Shown in pieces: positions 44,897 to 54,433 of a DNA stretch of 61,824 nucleotides. The DNA lies in contig JBDRET010000061.1 in the NCBI GenBank assembly GCA_043819495.1, forward strand, positions 1 through 61,824, in the 5' to 3' direction. Position numbers and translations under genes: made by a program. The notes under the pieces were generated by a model, which saw only the letters and a program-made list of their open reading frames with translations, did no database searches and had not been told where the DNA came from. Position 1 is the stretch's first letter. Each line of letters starts with the position of its first letter. The stretch comes from Candidatus Woesearchaeota archaeon. Lineage in GTDB: Archaea; Nanobdellota; Nanobdellia; Woesearchaeales; UBA11576.

Positions 44897-45931
44897 TCAA
44901 AAGAAGTCTCCAAGACCTTTCTGAGACATGTTGGACTGAGCAGACTCCATCTTGTCGATGGTATCCTCAACCCGTATCCTGCTGAAGTCATGATCGTCAC
45001 AAAGAAGCTTAATAATCTTTTCCCTGTCAGGCTGCTTCCACTCGAGCACATAATCCTCCTTTACAGGCATGTTCTTGAAAAGGTCAAACACCTCAGTCCA
45101 TGCAAAATCAAAATTTCCTGCCCAATCTGCAGCAGTGAAGAGCGCATCAAGATCCTCCCCCTGCTCCTTAATGAGCGCAAGTGCCTTCTTAGGACCGATA
45201 CCTTTGATACCTCCGACATTAAAATCAGTCCCGACAAGCATCCCCAGAGCTATGAGCTGGTCATGTGTAACACCAAGATTCTCCAGATTAGGCCGAAACT
45301 CAATGAGTTGAGGCTTCACTGTACCGTATGATACCTTATCCCTCATCTTCTTACGCTCAGATATCGTCAGGTTCTGGATCATACGAGGGACACCAAAAAG
45401 AAGACAATCATAATCCTGTGATATCTCTGCAAACGCATCACCCTTCCTGACCATGAATGCTGCCTGCGCCTCTCCTTCAGATGGTGCCTGGACAACAGGC
45501 ACACCGAGCACGCCAAGAAGCTCTTTTGCCTCATCTATCATCTCATGAGTAAGACGGGAAGTGCGCATCGAGTATTTCTTCATATCATCAACATTACCTG
45601 CCTGCTTTGCAGACTCATACTTTGCCTGCGCCTCATTCTTCAGTCCTGCCCTGCGTTCACGCTCTGCACGCTTCAGGTCAGGAGCCTTACCATCAAAGAC
45701 AAATATCAGCTTGATGCCATAATGCATAAGCTTTGTAGTGCGATGGAAAAGACCATTGAGATGAGAAGTTATGTTACCATGAGAATCCTTAAGTGGAGAG
45801 CCATCAGGCTGACGGATGGTCGACAAGAACTGATATAGTATATTATTACCATCGACAACCAAGCGCTTTCCGCTCAGTTCAGGGATAGAAATCTCCTTCT
45901 TCAATACAAGATCCTTAAAATTTACACCCAA
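44897..45931 (-). CDS. fen: flap endonuclease 1
   Basis: Probable TTG start at 45931, giving (M)GVNFKDL... Motifs GKRLVVDGNNILYQFL and KLIFVFDGKAP. The ORF-track start at 45955 is also TTG. Confidence 0.9.
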   Translation of the reverse strand: MGVNFKDLVLKKEISIPELSGKRLVVDGNNILYQFLSTIRQPDGSPLKDSHGNITSHLNGLFHRTTKLMHYGIKLIFVFDGKAPDLKRAERERRAGLKNEAQAKYESAKQAGNVDDMKKYSMRTSRLTHEMIDEAKELLGVLGVPVVQAPSEGEAQAAFMVRKGDAFAEISQDYDCLLFGVPRMIQNLTISERKKMRDKVSYGTVKPQLIEFRPNLENLGVTHDQLIALGMLVGTDFNVGGIKGIGPKKALALIKEQGEDLDALFTAADWAGNFDFAWTEVFDLFKNMPVKEDYVLEWKQPDREKIIKLLCDDHDFSRIRVEDTIDKMESAQSNMSQKGLGDFF

Positions 45932-45958
45932 ATGAACACCTCGTTTGATAATCAATGA

Positions 45959-47110
45959 TCAGATCTGTTTGACTGTCATGCTGCGGAACTCCTTCTCAAG
46001 AAGCTCTTCAGCACGCTTTGTCAGATCACCTACAGCCAAGAACAGTATGGGGAGTTTCTTCATCTGACCATAGACAAAAGCAGTGGAAAGATCACCCTCA
46101 TTCAATTTAGACTTAGACTTTGCCTTACAGTAATAGTTCAGAGAGCCGACATTGCTCGGTATCTTTATGGTGAAGTCATGCTCAGATCCCTTACGGATCA
46201 TCTCAAAATCGATGATCTCTATCCCTGACTCATCAAAGAACGACTTGACCTTATCAAAGAAATCATCATCATCAGGAAACACAGGACCTTGCGGCTCTGG
46301 TTCAGGTTCAGGAGGCCTCTCAAGCTTCACCTTCTCCTCTGTATCTATAGTGGTGGAAAAAGAGAAAGCAGGCTCATATGAGAATTCAGGGATGCTATCT
46401 TTTGAAAGTTTAGTCACTTCGACAGATGTGAATGGTTCTTGCGGTTCTACAACAGTCTCTGCAATAGTTGCAGTGACTTCTACCTGTGGTGCAGTGATTG
46501 TCGAATAAACAGGCACAGTAGGCGCTTCAGAAAAAGCAGTCTGTGCAGTTATGGTTGCCTGTACTTCTGCAGGCCTATACATAGGAATGGGTGCCTGCTT
46601 TAGTGGTTCCTTCTGTGTCTCATGCGCAGGTACAAAGGGCATACTATCTTTTGATGCCCGCAGTTTCATGGAATTTATGTACTCCTTTATCAGAGAACTT
46701 GCCTCATCGTCTGATATCAAATAATATTTCCAGAAAAGGTCTGCCTCACCATCAGCAGTGACCTCAAGAGGTATGGCAAAGTCCCGTATCTCCCGCAGAG
46801 CTACACGCATCTGCGGCTCCTGGTCACGATCCCTAATGATCCTTGATCGCTTCAATTCCTTGAATGCAGAACTCTCATTGCTGCCGAGCTTATCAGCAAA
46901 ACCCTCCAATGATCTCTCCTGTCCTTCACAATAGTAGAGAGGTGATCCTCCGACCCTCATAGCACTGAGCTTAAGCTTCTTCTGGTCCACCATCTCAGCA
47001 AGCATAGCAGAGGCGAAAAGCACATTCGTGCGCATCTCACGGTTGATCTGAGATGGCAGCAAAGGCCCCTTTTCCTTCACGATAGTCAGAAGTTTATCAC
47101 GGTGGTCCAT
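45959..47110 (-). CDS. hypothetical protein: N-terminal winged helix, T/P/E-rich linker, C-terminal PD-(D/E)xK-like domain
   Basis: LPSQINREMRTNVLFASAMLAEMVDQKKLKLSAMRVGGSPLYY. The C-terminal ...EHDFTIKIPS...YYCKAKSK...LFLAVG pattern looks nuclease-like. The domain calls are tentative. Confidence 0.55.
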   Translation of the reverse strand: MDHRDKLLTIVKEKGPLLPSQINREMRTNVLFASAMLAEMVDQKKLKLSAMRVGGSPLYYCEGQERSLEGFADKLGSNESSAFKELKRSRIIRDRDQEPQMRVALREIRDFAIPLEVTADGEADLFWKYYLISDDEASSLIKEYINSMKLRASKDSMPFVPAHETQKEPLKQAPIPMYRPAEVQATITAQTAFSEAPTVPVYSTITAPQVEVTATIAETVVEPQEPFTSVEVTKLSKDSIPEFSYEPAFSFSTTIDTEEKVKLERPPEPEPEPQGPVFPDDDDFFDKVKSFFDESGIEIIDFEMIRKGSEHDFTIKIPSNVGSLNYYCKAKSKSKLNEGDLSTAFVYGQMKKLPILFLAVGDLTKRAEELLEKEFRSMTVKQI

Positions 47111-47213
47111 GATGTAAAAATTAGTTCCTATGTATATAAAGTTTGCTCAGTTTAAAAACAGAGAATGACAACCAGTTGACAGTCATTTAAATGTATAATC
47201 AAGGCCTGACGCA

Positions 47214-47846
47214 TCAAGGCCTGACCCAACGGATCTCGTAATATGTCACGTCGCCCTCATCATCGACAACACCTATGAGAAGACGTTTCTTTGTGGAGTG
47301 CGCGACACGGTTCTTTGCAGAGAAATCATACCAGGTTATCTGCTCGCCCTCATGCACAGGATAGACTATCCATTTCGCATGGTCTTCACCAGGCTTGACT
47401 CCACGGTCATACACGCGGAAATCTGCACCGAATTTCAGAGCAGTCTTCACGATGTAACCACGGTTGCGCATGTCCTTGAATACGCCATACCTTATCCAGA
47501 AATTCGGCTCGACCTTCCTCGCCTTCTTGATGAATGATTCCTTGTCAAGCAAATTTGACTTTCCATCCATGACTTTCAGACGGCCCTTCTCCATAAGATA
47601 AAGAGCTTCAAGAAGAGAGAGCTGTACCTTGCCCCCATCAATCACATTACCATACCGTGACTGATTATAGAGTTCTCTAGCATCATCATTAGATTCTGTC
47701 AATACATGTTCGCGCGCGAAGAGAGCAGAAACAACAGGCTTTGACTTCTTGGGCTCATCCTCATCGGATATCGCCTTATTCAAAGTCACCTTTGCAGCCG
47801 TCGTTACGGTCTCTGCAGGCGCCTCGGACTTATTCTTCCTAGGCAT
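47214..47846 (-). CDS. endA: tRNA-splicing endonuclease EndA
   Basis: Likely ATG at 47844-47846 (MPRKNK...). YLMEKGRLKV...FKDMRNRGYIVKTALKFGADFRVY...HAKWIV...AHSTKKRLLIGVV. Confidence 0.85.
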   Translation of the reverse strand: MPRKNKSEAPAETVTTAAKVTLNKAISDEDEPKKSKPVVSALFAREHVLTESNDDARELYNQSRYGNVIDGGKVQLSLLEALYLMEKGRLKVMDGKSNLLDKESFIKKARKVEPNFWIRYGVFKDMRNRGYIVKTALKFGADFRVYDRGVKPGEDHAKWIVYPVHEGEQITWYDFSAKNRVAHSTKKRLLIGVVDDEGDVTYYEIRWVRP

Positions 47847-47955
47847 GATGAAAAAAAGGGATTTGAGGGGGTTTATAAATGTTAGTATAATGATCCGCAG
47901 TACCAGCATCGATAAAGCCGATGACGCAAAGATAGCATATGAACAATTTCTAAAT

Positions 47956-48060
47956 ATGAATCAATAAATGATTAACGCCTTCGGCGAACCCCTAAATTTG
48001 ACAAAATCAGGCATGCTGCGGCGTCCTTAGGTGTGTCAAGCGCCGAAGCAGGCTTTGTCG
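47956..48060. repeat. 105-nt element sharing both ends with the element at 24801-25025
   Basis: The 5' end ATGAATCAATAAA-N7-ACGCCTTCGGCGAA and the 3' end CGAAGCAGG(C/T)TTTG are shared. ACGCCTTCGGCG pairs with CGCCGAAGC downstream. Confidence 0.6.
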
Positions 48061-48064
48061 ATGC

Positions 48065-49033
48065 ATGCAGAAAATCACGAAGAATGGCATTAGATTTATA
48101 AAAGATAAGAGAACTCCCCTGACACCATGGAAATCACGTTTTTGGGGCACGTCATCGATGGTGCCGACAAAAGAAAGGAACGTCACAGGGATATACCTGA
48201 AGTACAAGGCAGAAGGGATACTCCTGGACTGCGGAGAAGGGACCCAAAGACAGATGAACATCGCAGGCATCAAAAGGACTTCTGTAACTAAAATATTAGT
48301 GAGCCACTGGCATGGAGATCACGTTTCAGGAATCATAGGCCTATTGCAGACTGTAGGGAATGAAACAGAGCCTCCTAAAATCATGATATATGGTCCGCGA
48401 GAGACCAAAAAAAGAGTAGATCATATGATGCAGACCTGTATCTTTGATAACAGAGTCGATCTTGAGGTGTTTGATCTTGAACCTAAATGCGGCGAGGTAT
48501 TGAGGTTCTTTGAAGATGAAGACTATGCACTCGAGTGCGCAAGGCTGAACCACGGCATACCCTGTATCGGTTTCAGCTTTGTAGAGAAAAAACGCCTGAA
48601 CATAGATGTAGCAAAGCAGAAGAATCTAGGGCTCAAGGATGGGCCCTGGCTCAGGAAGATCAAGGCAGGCAAAGAGGCAGACTATAAAGGCAAGACAATA
48701 AAGCCTGAAGACATCACATATGCTGTACCGCAGAAGAAACTGACGTATATAGCAGACACAGAACCGTGTGAAGAAGCAGGCCTGCTCGCACAAGGGGCTG
48801 ACATCATGATAAGTGAGAGCACATTTGCCTCAAACCTGCAAGACAAGGCAGACCTGAGAAAACACATGTCTGCAAAGGATGCTGCGTTGACAGCGAGCCA
48901 GGCAGAAGCAGGGAAGCTTGTTTTGACACATTTCTCACAGAGATACAAGACCGTGGATGAGCTTGAGGAAGAGGCAAAGATACATTTCCCAAACACTGTA
49001 TGTGCTTTTGATTTCATGAAACTGAAGCTGTGA
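48065..49033 (+). CDS. rnz: ribonuclease Z (tRNA 3' endonuclease); N-terminus ambiguous
   Basis: LLDCGEGTQRQM and VSHWHGDHVSGIIGLL. The canonical N-terminus MEITFLG is encoded from the ATG at 48127 in another frame and joins ...TSSMVPTKERN only if one G of GGGG (48144-48147) is skipped. Confidence 0.85.
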   Translation: MQKITKNGIRFIKDKRTPLTPWKSRFWGTSSMVPTKERNVTGIYLKYKAEGILLDCGEGTQRQMNIAGIKRTSVTKILVSHWHGDHVSGIIGLLQTVGNETEPPKIMIYGPRETKKRVDHMMQTCIFDNRVDLEVFDLEPKCGEVLRFFEDEDYALECARLNHGIPCIGFSFVEKKRLNIDVAKQKNLGLKDGPWLRKIKAGKEADYKGKTIKPEDITYAVPQKKLTYIADTEPCEEAGLLAQGADIMISESTFASNLQDKADLRKHMSAKDAALTASQAEAGKLVLTHFSQRYKTVDELEEEAKIHFPNTVCAFDFMKLKL

Positions 49034-49139
49034 ACCCTTCGCTTATTTTCGTTTTCTCGACGATAATTTTAATGATGACGTTTTCATCCTTCATTGATGA
49101 TAATAAACATTTAAATAAGATTGAAAAGCCAGAATAAGT

Positions 49140-49289
49140 ATGGATGGGCCAAGCTGGGAACGCAAACAACAATCAAAAGTAGAGACGTTTGAAGATAAAG
49201 TCAGACAGATAATGTTCAAGCGCAAGATAACCTATATTGAAGCTGAAACACTCGTAAAGAATGGTCAGAAGAGCCTTGGCGAATACTGA
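49140..49289 (+). CDS. 49-aa hypothetical ORF
   Basis: MDGPSWERKQQSKVETFEDKVRQIMFKRKITYIEAETLVKNGQKSLGEY. Below the track cutoff, with no other support. Confidence 0.25.
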   Translation: MDGPSWERKQQSKVETFEDKVRQIMFKRKITYIEAETLVKNGQKSLGEY

Positions 49290-49433
49290 AAATAAGCAAC
49301 GCATTTCTTTCATAGCAGCACCAAAGCGTAGCTAGACCGTTTTTCGCTGCGTCATCGAATAGACTCGGTAACTCTAAAAACTTCTAAGCAGAATATCCTA
49401 AGGTATATAATCACAGATAGCTTTTTCTTGCAT

Positions 49434-49823
49434 ATGTCCCGAAAATCCAAAGGTACAAACGCAGAAAGAGAACTGATACACCTGTTCTGGGCAAATGGCT
49501 GGAGCGCATGCAGGGTCGCTGGCAGCGGATGCACAAAGTACCCTTCACCAGATGTCCTTGCAGGCAACAATGTCAGGAAGCTTGCAATAGAGTGCAAAGT
49601 GACCAAGGACATACGTCAGTACTTCACATCAAAAGAGATCCATGAGCTGAAGCAATTCTCAGCCATATTCGGAGCAGAGCCTTGGGTAGGGATCAAGTTC
49701 AATAATGTAGACTGGTATTTCGTGACGATGGAAGACCTTGGAGGCACTGGAGAGGGACATTCAGTGACCTTAGAGAATGCAAAACGTAAAGGGTTCCTTT
49801 TCAAAGAACTGGTAGAACACTGA
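49434..49823 (+). CDS. hjc: Holliday junction resolvase Hjc
   Basis: ATG at 49434. KGTNAERELIHLFWANGWSACRVAGSG...LAIECKVTKD. Confidence 0.9.
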   Translation: MSRKSKGTNAERELIHLFWANGWSACRVAGSGCTKYPSPDVLAGNNVRKLAIECKVTKDIRQYFTSKEIHELKQFSAIFGAEPWVGIKFNNVDWYFVTMEDLGGTGEGHSVTLENAKRKGFLFKELVEH

Positions 49824-49841
49824 AATCAGGCATCGTGAAAC

Positions 49842-50882
49842 TCATTTCTTGAGGTTTTTATAGATCTTGACCATCATGCTCTCATCAGCCTCGACATTAC
49901 GCACCTCTTTCTCAACCTTCTTTATCTCTTTCTCTTCTTTGATTATCTCATGCTCTTCCTTCTTGATCTCTTCCTCTTCCTTCTTGAACTCCTTTGCTAT
50001 CTGTTTCTCTTCTGCCTGTTGCGATAGGAATTCTGCGTTAGAGATGAAGACCAGCAGGAGGGCTATGAATAGCACGTTGATTATCAATGCCATAAGACCT
50101 TCCATGAAGAATACCAGCCTTGCTGCTGTAGATACTGGAAGTATCTCACCATATCCTGTAGAGGTGTATGAGACCATACTATAATATATGAATGAAGCAA
50201 GAGTAGGTTCCTTGTCTACAGAGAACTGAAACGCATCAGGATTTGCAGGATCCTTGTAGATATCATAGAACATCCCCCCGAAGCCTATGACGTAAAGGAG
50301 GACGATTGAAAGGTAGATCGCTATTATGGAAAGCTGTTTCTTGTGCTTGAACCAGTCCCTCAGATTACGCTCAATACCCAATACCTCAGGACAGAATATG
50401 AATGTAAGCAATATATAACTCGCAAGATATGTCGGGATCATCAGCATAGGATCCCAGTTTCCCTTTAAAGCAGAAGGGAAAGCGATACCCACACCAATTA
50501 TGGTAAGAGCAACCACTGAAAAACGTATACCTTGTATCTTCTCCCTGTCCCTGATGTACGGGATGAAAAAGAAGAACACAATTATCATGAACGGCACCAT
50601 GAATATCTGAGCCGTGACACCTGCAGAAGCCTCAAAATAATCAGCATAAACTGCTGACATCTTCAATGCGACTGCTGCAAAGACAAGCACAGGGATGAAG
50701 AATATTGCAATATAATTTATCAGCTTGAGCAGAGATATATCATTCTTAGCTTCATCATTGCCAACCGGCAATGAATGTGCAGAAAGTATCTTTGCAGGAA
50801 ATTTAGAAATATCCGGATGTCCAAGGATCTCTTTCTTCAACTTGTCAACTGCGCTAACACCCTCTTTTTTAGGTTCAGCCAT
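49842..50882 (-). CDS. potassium channel (6 TM, TxGYG pore) with a charged coiled-coil tail
   Basis: Likely ATG at 50880-50882 (MAEPKKEG...). The selectivity filter is VSYTSTGYGEILP. No S4-like arginine ladder. Confidence 0.8.
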   Translation of the reverse strand: MAEPKKEGVSAVDKLKKEILGHPDISKFPAKILSAHSLPVGNDEAKNDISLLKLINYIAIFFIPVLVFAAVALKMSAVYADYFEASAGVTAQIFMVPFMIIVFFFFIPYIRDREKIQGIRFSVVALTIIGVGIAFPSALKGNWDPMLMIPTYLASYILLTFIFCPEVLGIERNLRDWFKHKKQLSIIAIYLSIVLLYVIGFGGMFYDIYKDPANPDAFQFSVDKEPTLASFIYYSMVSYTSTGYGEILPVSTAARLVFFMEGLMALIINVLFIALLLVFISNAEFLSQQAEEKQIAKEFKKEEEEIKKEEHEIIKEEKEIKKVEKEVRNVEADESMMVKIYKNLKK

Positions 50883-50960
50883 ACAGAAACAGGATGCGCA
50901 GGGATATTTAAACCTTTTTAAAAGAAAAATTAATAAACAAAGGAATGGACGTGAAAAAGC

Positions 50961-51557
50961 ATGAGACCCGGGATGCATAAGATAGAGGTGCTAGTTGACA
51001 AGATCATACCATACTGTCTTGTCCTGCTTCTTGCAATAATAACCCTTGATCTGGGATTCAAAGAGTTTGTAGAGGCACATCACCTGCACCCTTACATATT
51101 AGGGGCAGATTATATCGTGATTGGAGTATTTGTAGTTGACCTGATATTCAAATACATGAGGACCAAACACCTGAAAGATTTCTTCAGGAAATTCTGGCTG
51201 GACATACTTGCAGTATTCCCTTTCTTCCTGGTATTCAGGGCATTTGAATTCGCTATTGGCGCATGGGGACAGACTGCCCAGAGCATATTGCATGAAAGCC
51301 TCGAGATAGAGAAAGAAGGAGCAAAGGTCCTTAGGGAAGGAGAGAAGTTCCTGAAAGAAGGCAGCAGGGTCGTACAAGAAGCAGAAAAAATTGGAAAGAT
51401 CGGCACCCGGACATCAAGATTCACAAGATTCCTAAGACCTCTTGCAAGGATTCCCAGATTCTTCAAGGCAATCCCTGAGATAAACCAATTCTATGAGAAA
51501 CCCACAGGAGAACATCACCAGCACGAATTCATGCACAAGCACGCGAAGAAAAAATGA
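50961..51557 (+). CDS. stand-alone voltage-sensor-like domain protein (S1-S4 only)
   Basis: Four TM segments. The S3-like segment is FWLDILAVFPFFLVF and the S4-like segment is RTSRFTRFLRPLARIPRFFK, with a basic residue at about every third position. No pore domain. Confidence 0.65.
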   Translation: MRPGMHKIEVLVDKIIPYCLVLLLAIITLDLGFKEFVEAHHLHPYILGADYIVIGVFVVDLIFKYMRTKHLKDFFRKFWLDILAVFPFFLVFRAFEFAIGAWGQTAQSILHESLEIEKEGAKVLREGEKFLKEGSRVVQEAEKIGKIGTRTSRFTRFLRPLARIPRFFKAIPEINQFYEKPTGEHHQHEFMHKHAKKK

Positions 51558-52732
51558 AACAAAAAGGCATAAGTCATGCTGTGGCAATATCTTTCATAAC
51601 TCTCTCATTGATACTTCTCATAATAACCATCTATCTGGCAGACCAGAACAAAGAGCTGAAAAGCAATATCCAGGATCTGACCTTGCTCAATGAACAGCAG
51701 AAAGCAGATTCCGCCAGAACGATAGCAGAATACCTTACGGAGATACAACAGAAAGACTCACTCATAGCAGGAATAGACAGCGAAAAACGCAAACTCGAAG
51801 GAGACCTCAATGATCTCAACAGTTCATATGAGGAGATCCAGATCCAACACGGCACACTCTCTCAAGACTATCAAGGTCTAAAGATCCAAGTGACTGGAAC
51901 CCTTGAAAAGATAGATGAGTATAATGAAGAGATAGAAGAGTCGATGGACTGGTTCAGATATAATTCCGCGCTTGGAAAATCCCAAAAAGAAGGTTTTGCA
52001 CGGATGTATATCGATACTGACTGCTATTATCCTGCTGATAACGCCTGCTACATAAAGACAGGGTGCCTGCACCTGGTCAATACAGAGAATCTGGACTTAA
52101 GATATAGATATGATCTTGAGACGAGCAAAGAGATAGACAAGTTGCAGTCGCTATCTGAGTTCATATCAAATAAAGGAGGAGATTGCGAGGACTACTCATT
52201 ATTCTTCAAAGCAGAATGGAACTACCTCCTGGACCAATGCATGAAGACACACGATCCAGAAAAGATAATCATAGAAGGATGGTATCAGGATGAAAAATCT
52301 TCAGACCGCCATTGGCTCGACTATGACAAAGACTGGTACATTGATGATGTCACAGGGATAAAACTTTCCAAGGGATACATATACCCTAATGTCGTGTGCG
52401 GACTCGTCTACAACTTCCGTCTTGCTAAACCTTCAGGACATTGCGTGATAGCGCTCACACAAAAGAGGATGGAATCATTGCAGGACATAGAACTTCTTGA
52501 CCATGCATACCTCATAGAGCCACAGGATGGAAGCTACATGGGCCGCGTGAATGAGGTGCCTGGACTCAAACTCCTTGTTGATGGAGAACGTGAAGAGCTC
52601 ATCTTCACCCCACACATATTCAGCGTCATAACAGACAATGATTATTTCCTGTTCTACAATAGCGCCTGGCACAGCTATTCACAATTTGAAGATCAGCTGA
52701 TAGAACACAAGAGAATACTTTCAGAGATATAA
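51554..52732 (+). CDS. membrane-anchored coiled-coil protein with a transglutaminase-like Cys-His-Asp core
   Basis: N-terminal TM helix and a coiled coil. KGGDCEDYSLFF (Cys), PSGHCVIAL (His) and LIEPQDG (Asp) appear in the expected order. Confidence 0.55.
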   Translation: MKQKGISHAVAISFITLSLILLIITIYLADQNKELKSNIQDLTLLNEQQKADSARTIAEYLTEIQQKDSLIAGIDSEKRKLEGDLNDLNSSYEEIQIQHGTLSQDYQGLKIQVTGTLEKIDEYNEEIEESMDWFRYNSALGKSQKEGFARMYIDTDCYYPADNACYIKTGCLHLVNTENLDLRYRYDLETSKEIDKLQSLSEFISNKGGDCEDYSLFFKAEWNYLLDQCMKTHDPEKIIIEGWYQDEKSSDRHWLDYDKDWYIDDVTGIKLSKGYIYPNVVCGLVYNFRLAKPSGHCVIALTQKRMESLQDIELLDHAYLIEPQDGSYMGRVNEVPGLKLLVDGEREELIFTPHIFSVITDNDYFLFYNSAWHSYSQFEDQLIEHKRILSEI

Positions 52733-52784
52733 GAATAACAAGTAAGGATTGCCAGAATCAATATCAACTAAGAATACAGTCCAT

Positions 52785-54278
52785 CTATGCTGGCTGAGGC
52801 AGCCCTTCTGAAGCTGCCACATCTGACTGCTTCTGCTCTTCCTCGATAACCTGTTTCAGCCTAAAATCCTGAGGAGAGAAATCACTGCCCAGAGTCTCCT
52901 TGAAAATCGCCATTACACGATGCTCCAGCTCCTTTGGAATCATGATGCTCTCATATCTGCTGAAGTACTTATCCTTCAGCTCTACAATCTTCTGCTGTGT
53001 TCTCTTGAATAATGAAAGTTTCCTGAACTCATCTATCAGGTATCCCTTCTCACCTCTTCCTTCTGATAGGTAGAATGCAAGTGCCTGTTCCTCCACACCA
53101 AGACCTGAAACATCATAGCTGTAAAGATCTTTGGTGCCGAACATCGAAAAAAGACCCATACTGGGCTTGTTGAACATGTTGTTCTTGAATCCCAGCTCGG
53201 CAGTATCTATCCCAAGAGCCTTGAAGAAAACAAACATCCTTGCACATTTAGAACAGTGACCGCACCAGACGTTATCTTTCCCTTCCGGAGTATCTGAAAA
53301 ACAGGACATCTGAAGCTTTGCAAGCTTAGGATAGCGCCCATGAAGGATCTGTATAAGCGCCAACTCATATAACGGACCTGCAAGACTGCCCACAGTAACA
53401 CCATTACCTGCCATCATATTAGCGACAACATTAAGCTGCTTTGTCCAGCCAGAACATTGATCAAAGCAGAAATTGCTCTTGAAACCTTCCTTATCAAATG
53501 TATAATCATCACAGCTATACTCGTTCCCAAACAGGATGTAATCTGCATTGAACCGATCAACAAATGGCTGTACGATAAGAACGTATGTCAGGAATTGCGT
53601 ACCTGCCCCCCAATTGTTCGCCTCCTCTCCAAGATCACAATAACGGAGCTTCCCTGGCTCATTCCTGATCTTGTGCGTCTTGATTCCATACTCATTCTCT
53701 ATAGTCTCTATTATCTTATACTTATGAGCAGACTCAGGAGCACCAGGAGCTTCATCCATGTAAACCAGGATAGGCCTGATACCTAACTCAATACATAATG
53801 CCAGATTAAGCAGACTCTCCTTGCCTGCAGTGAAGAGGATGACTGCAGTCTTCTGCCTGCTTCGGGATAGCTGCTTCTTATTATTGTGGATCGGAACCGA
53901 AGAATCATAGCTGGAGAATCTGAACTCTACATTAAAGAACTCCTTCATGTAATCTACAGTCTTCTCGTGGTCTATCACTGCAGTAGAAGGGATGTCCAAC
54001 ATCGTGCTCTTAAAAGCGAACGGTTCAAACATAGGCAATGCAGTGTTATAGATTGCGCCTTTCTTCTTATGTGATGCGGGCAGATGACAGGTCTGCATGA
54101 AAGGGATATTTTCAAGAAGTATCTTCTTTTTGGCGTTCGGGTACCGTTTCCATACCTCTTGAGGATACTCTATCGCATAGGTCTTGCCCTTTACAGAAAT
54201 TGTGATCCCACTGTCGGTAATCGCTGATCCTATATTCAGGTAATCCTCGTCTTCCAAATTCTGATCATTCGACTGCAT
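52785..54278 (-). CDS. PP-loop (adenine nucleotide alpha-hydrolase) superfamily protein, specificity unknown
   Basis: VILFTAGKESLLN resembles SGGKDS. A cysteine motif WCGHCSKC is present. 497 aa. Confidence 0.5.
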   Translation of the reverse strand: MQSNDQNLEDEDYLNIGSAITDSGITISVKGKTYAIEYPQEVWKRYPNAKKKILLENIPFMQTCHLPASHKKKGAIYNTALPMFEPFAFKSTMLDIPSTAVIDHEKTVDYMKEFFNVEFRFSSYDSSVPIHNNKKQLSRSRQKTAVILFTAGKESLLNLALCIELGIRPILVYMDEAPGAPESAHKYKIIETIENEYGIKTHKIRNEPGKLRYCDLGEEANNWGAGTQFLTYVLIVQPFVDRFNADYILFGNEYSCDDYTFDKEGFKSNFCFDQCSGWTKQLNVVANMMAGNGVTVGSLAGPLYELALIQILHGRYPKLAKLQMSCFSDTPEGKDNVWCGHCSKCARMFVFFKALGIDTAELGFKNNMFNKPSMGLFSMFGTKDLYSYDVSGLGVEEQALAFYLSEGRGEKGYLIDEFRKLSLFKRTQQKIVELKDKYFSRYESIMIPKELEHRVMAIFKETLGSDFSPQDFRLKQVIEEEQKQSDVAASEGLPQPA

Positions 54279-54402
54279 CAGAAGATTTCACGACGGCAGC
54301 ATATTTAAATCTTTTTGTTTTTATGCGTATTTTTGTGACGGAAACAGCATTTTTGAGAAATATTGAGCAGATATTTTTCCTATTCCATCGGTAACGCTAA
54401 AG

Positions 54403-54410
54403 TTTAAATA
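54403..54410 (+). promoter_or_regulatory. TATA box for the Zn-ribbon ORF / tRNA-Thr / ABCE1 unit
   Basis: TTTAAATACTAACTCTT lies 24 nt upstream of the ATG at 54434. It matches the promoter at 36521 almost exactly. Confidence 0.55.
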
Positions 54411-54433
54411 CTAACTCTTTCTCTTTGAGCAGC

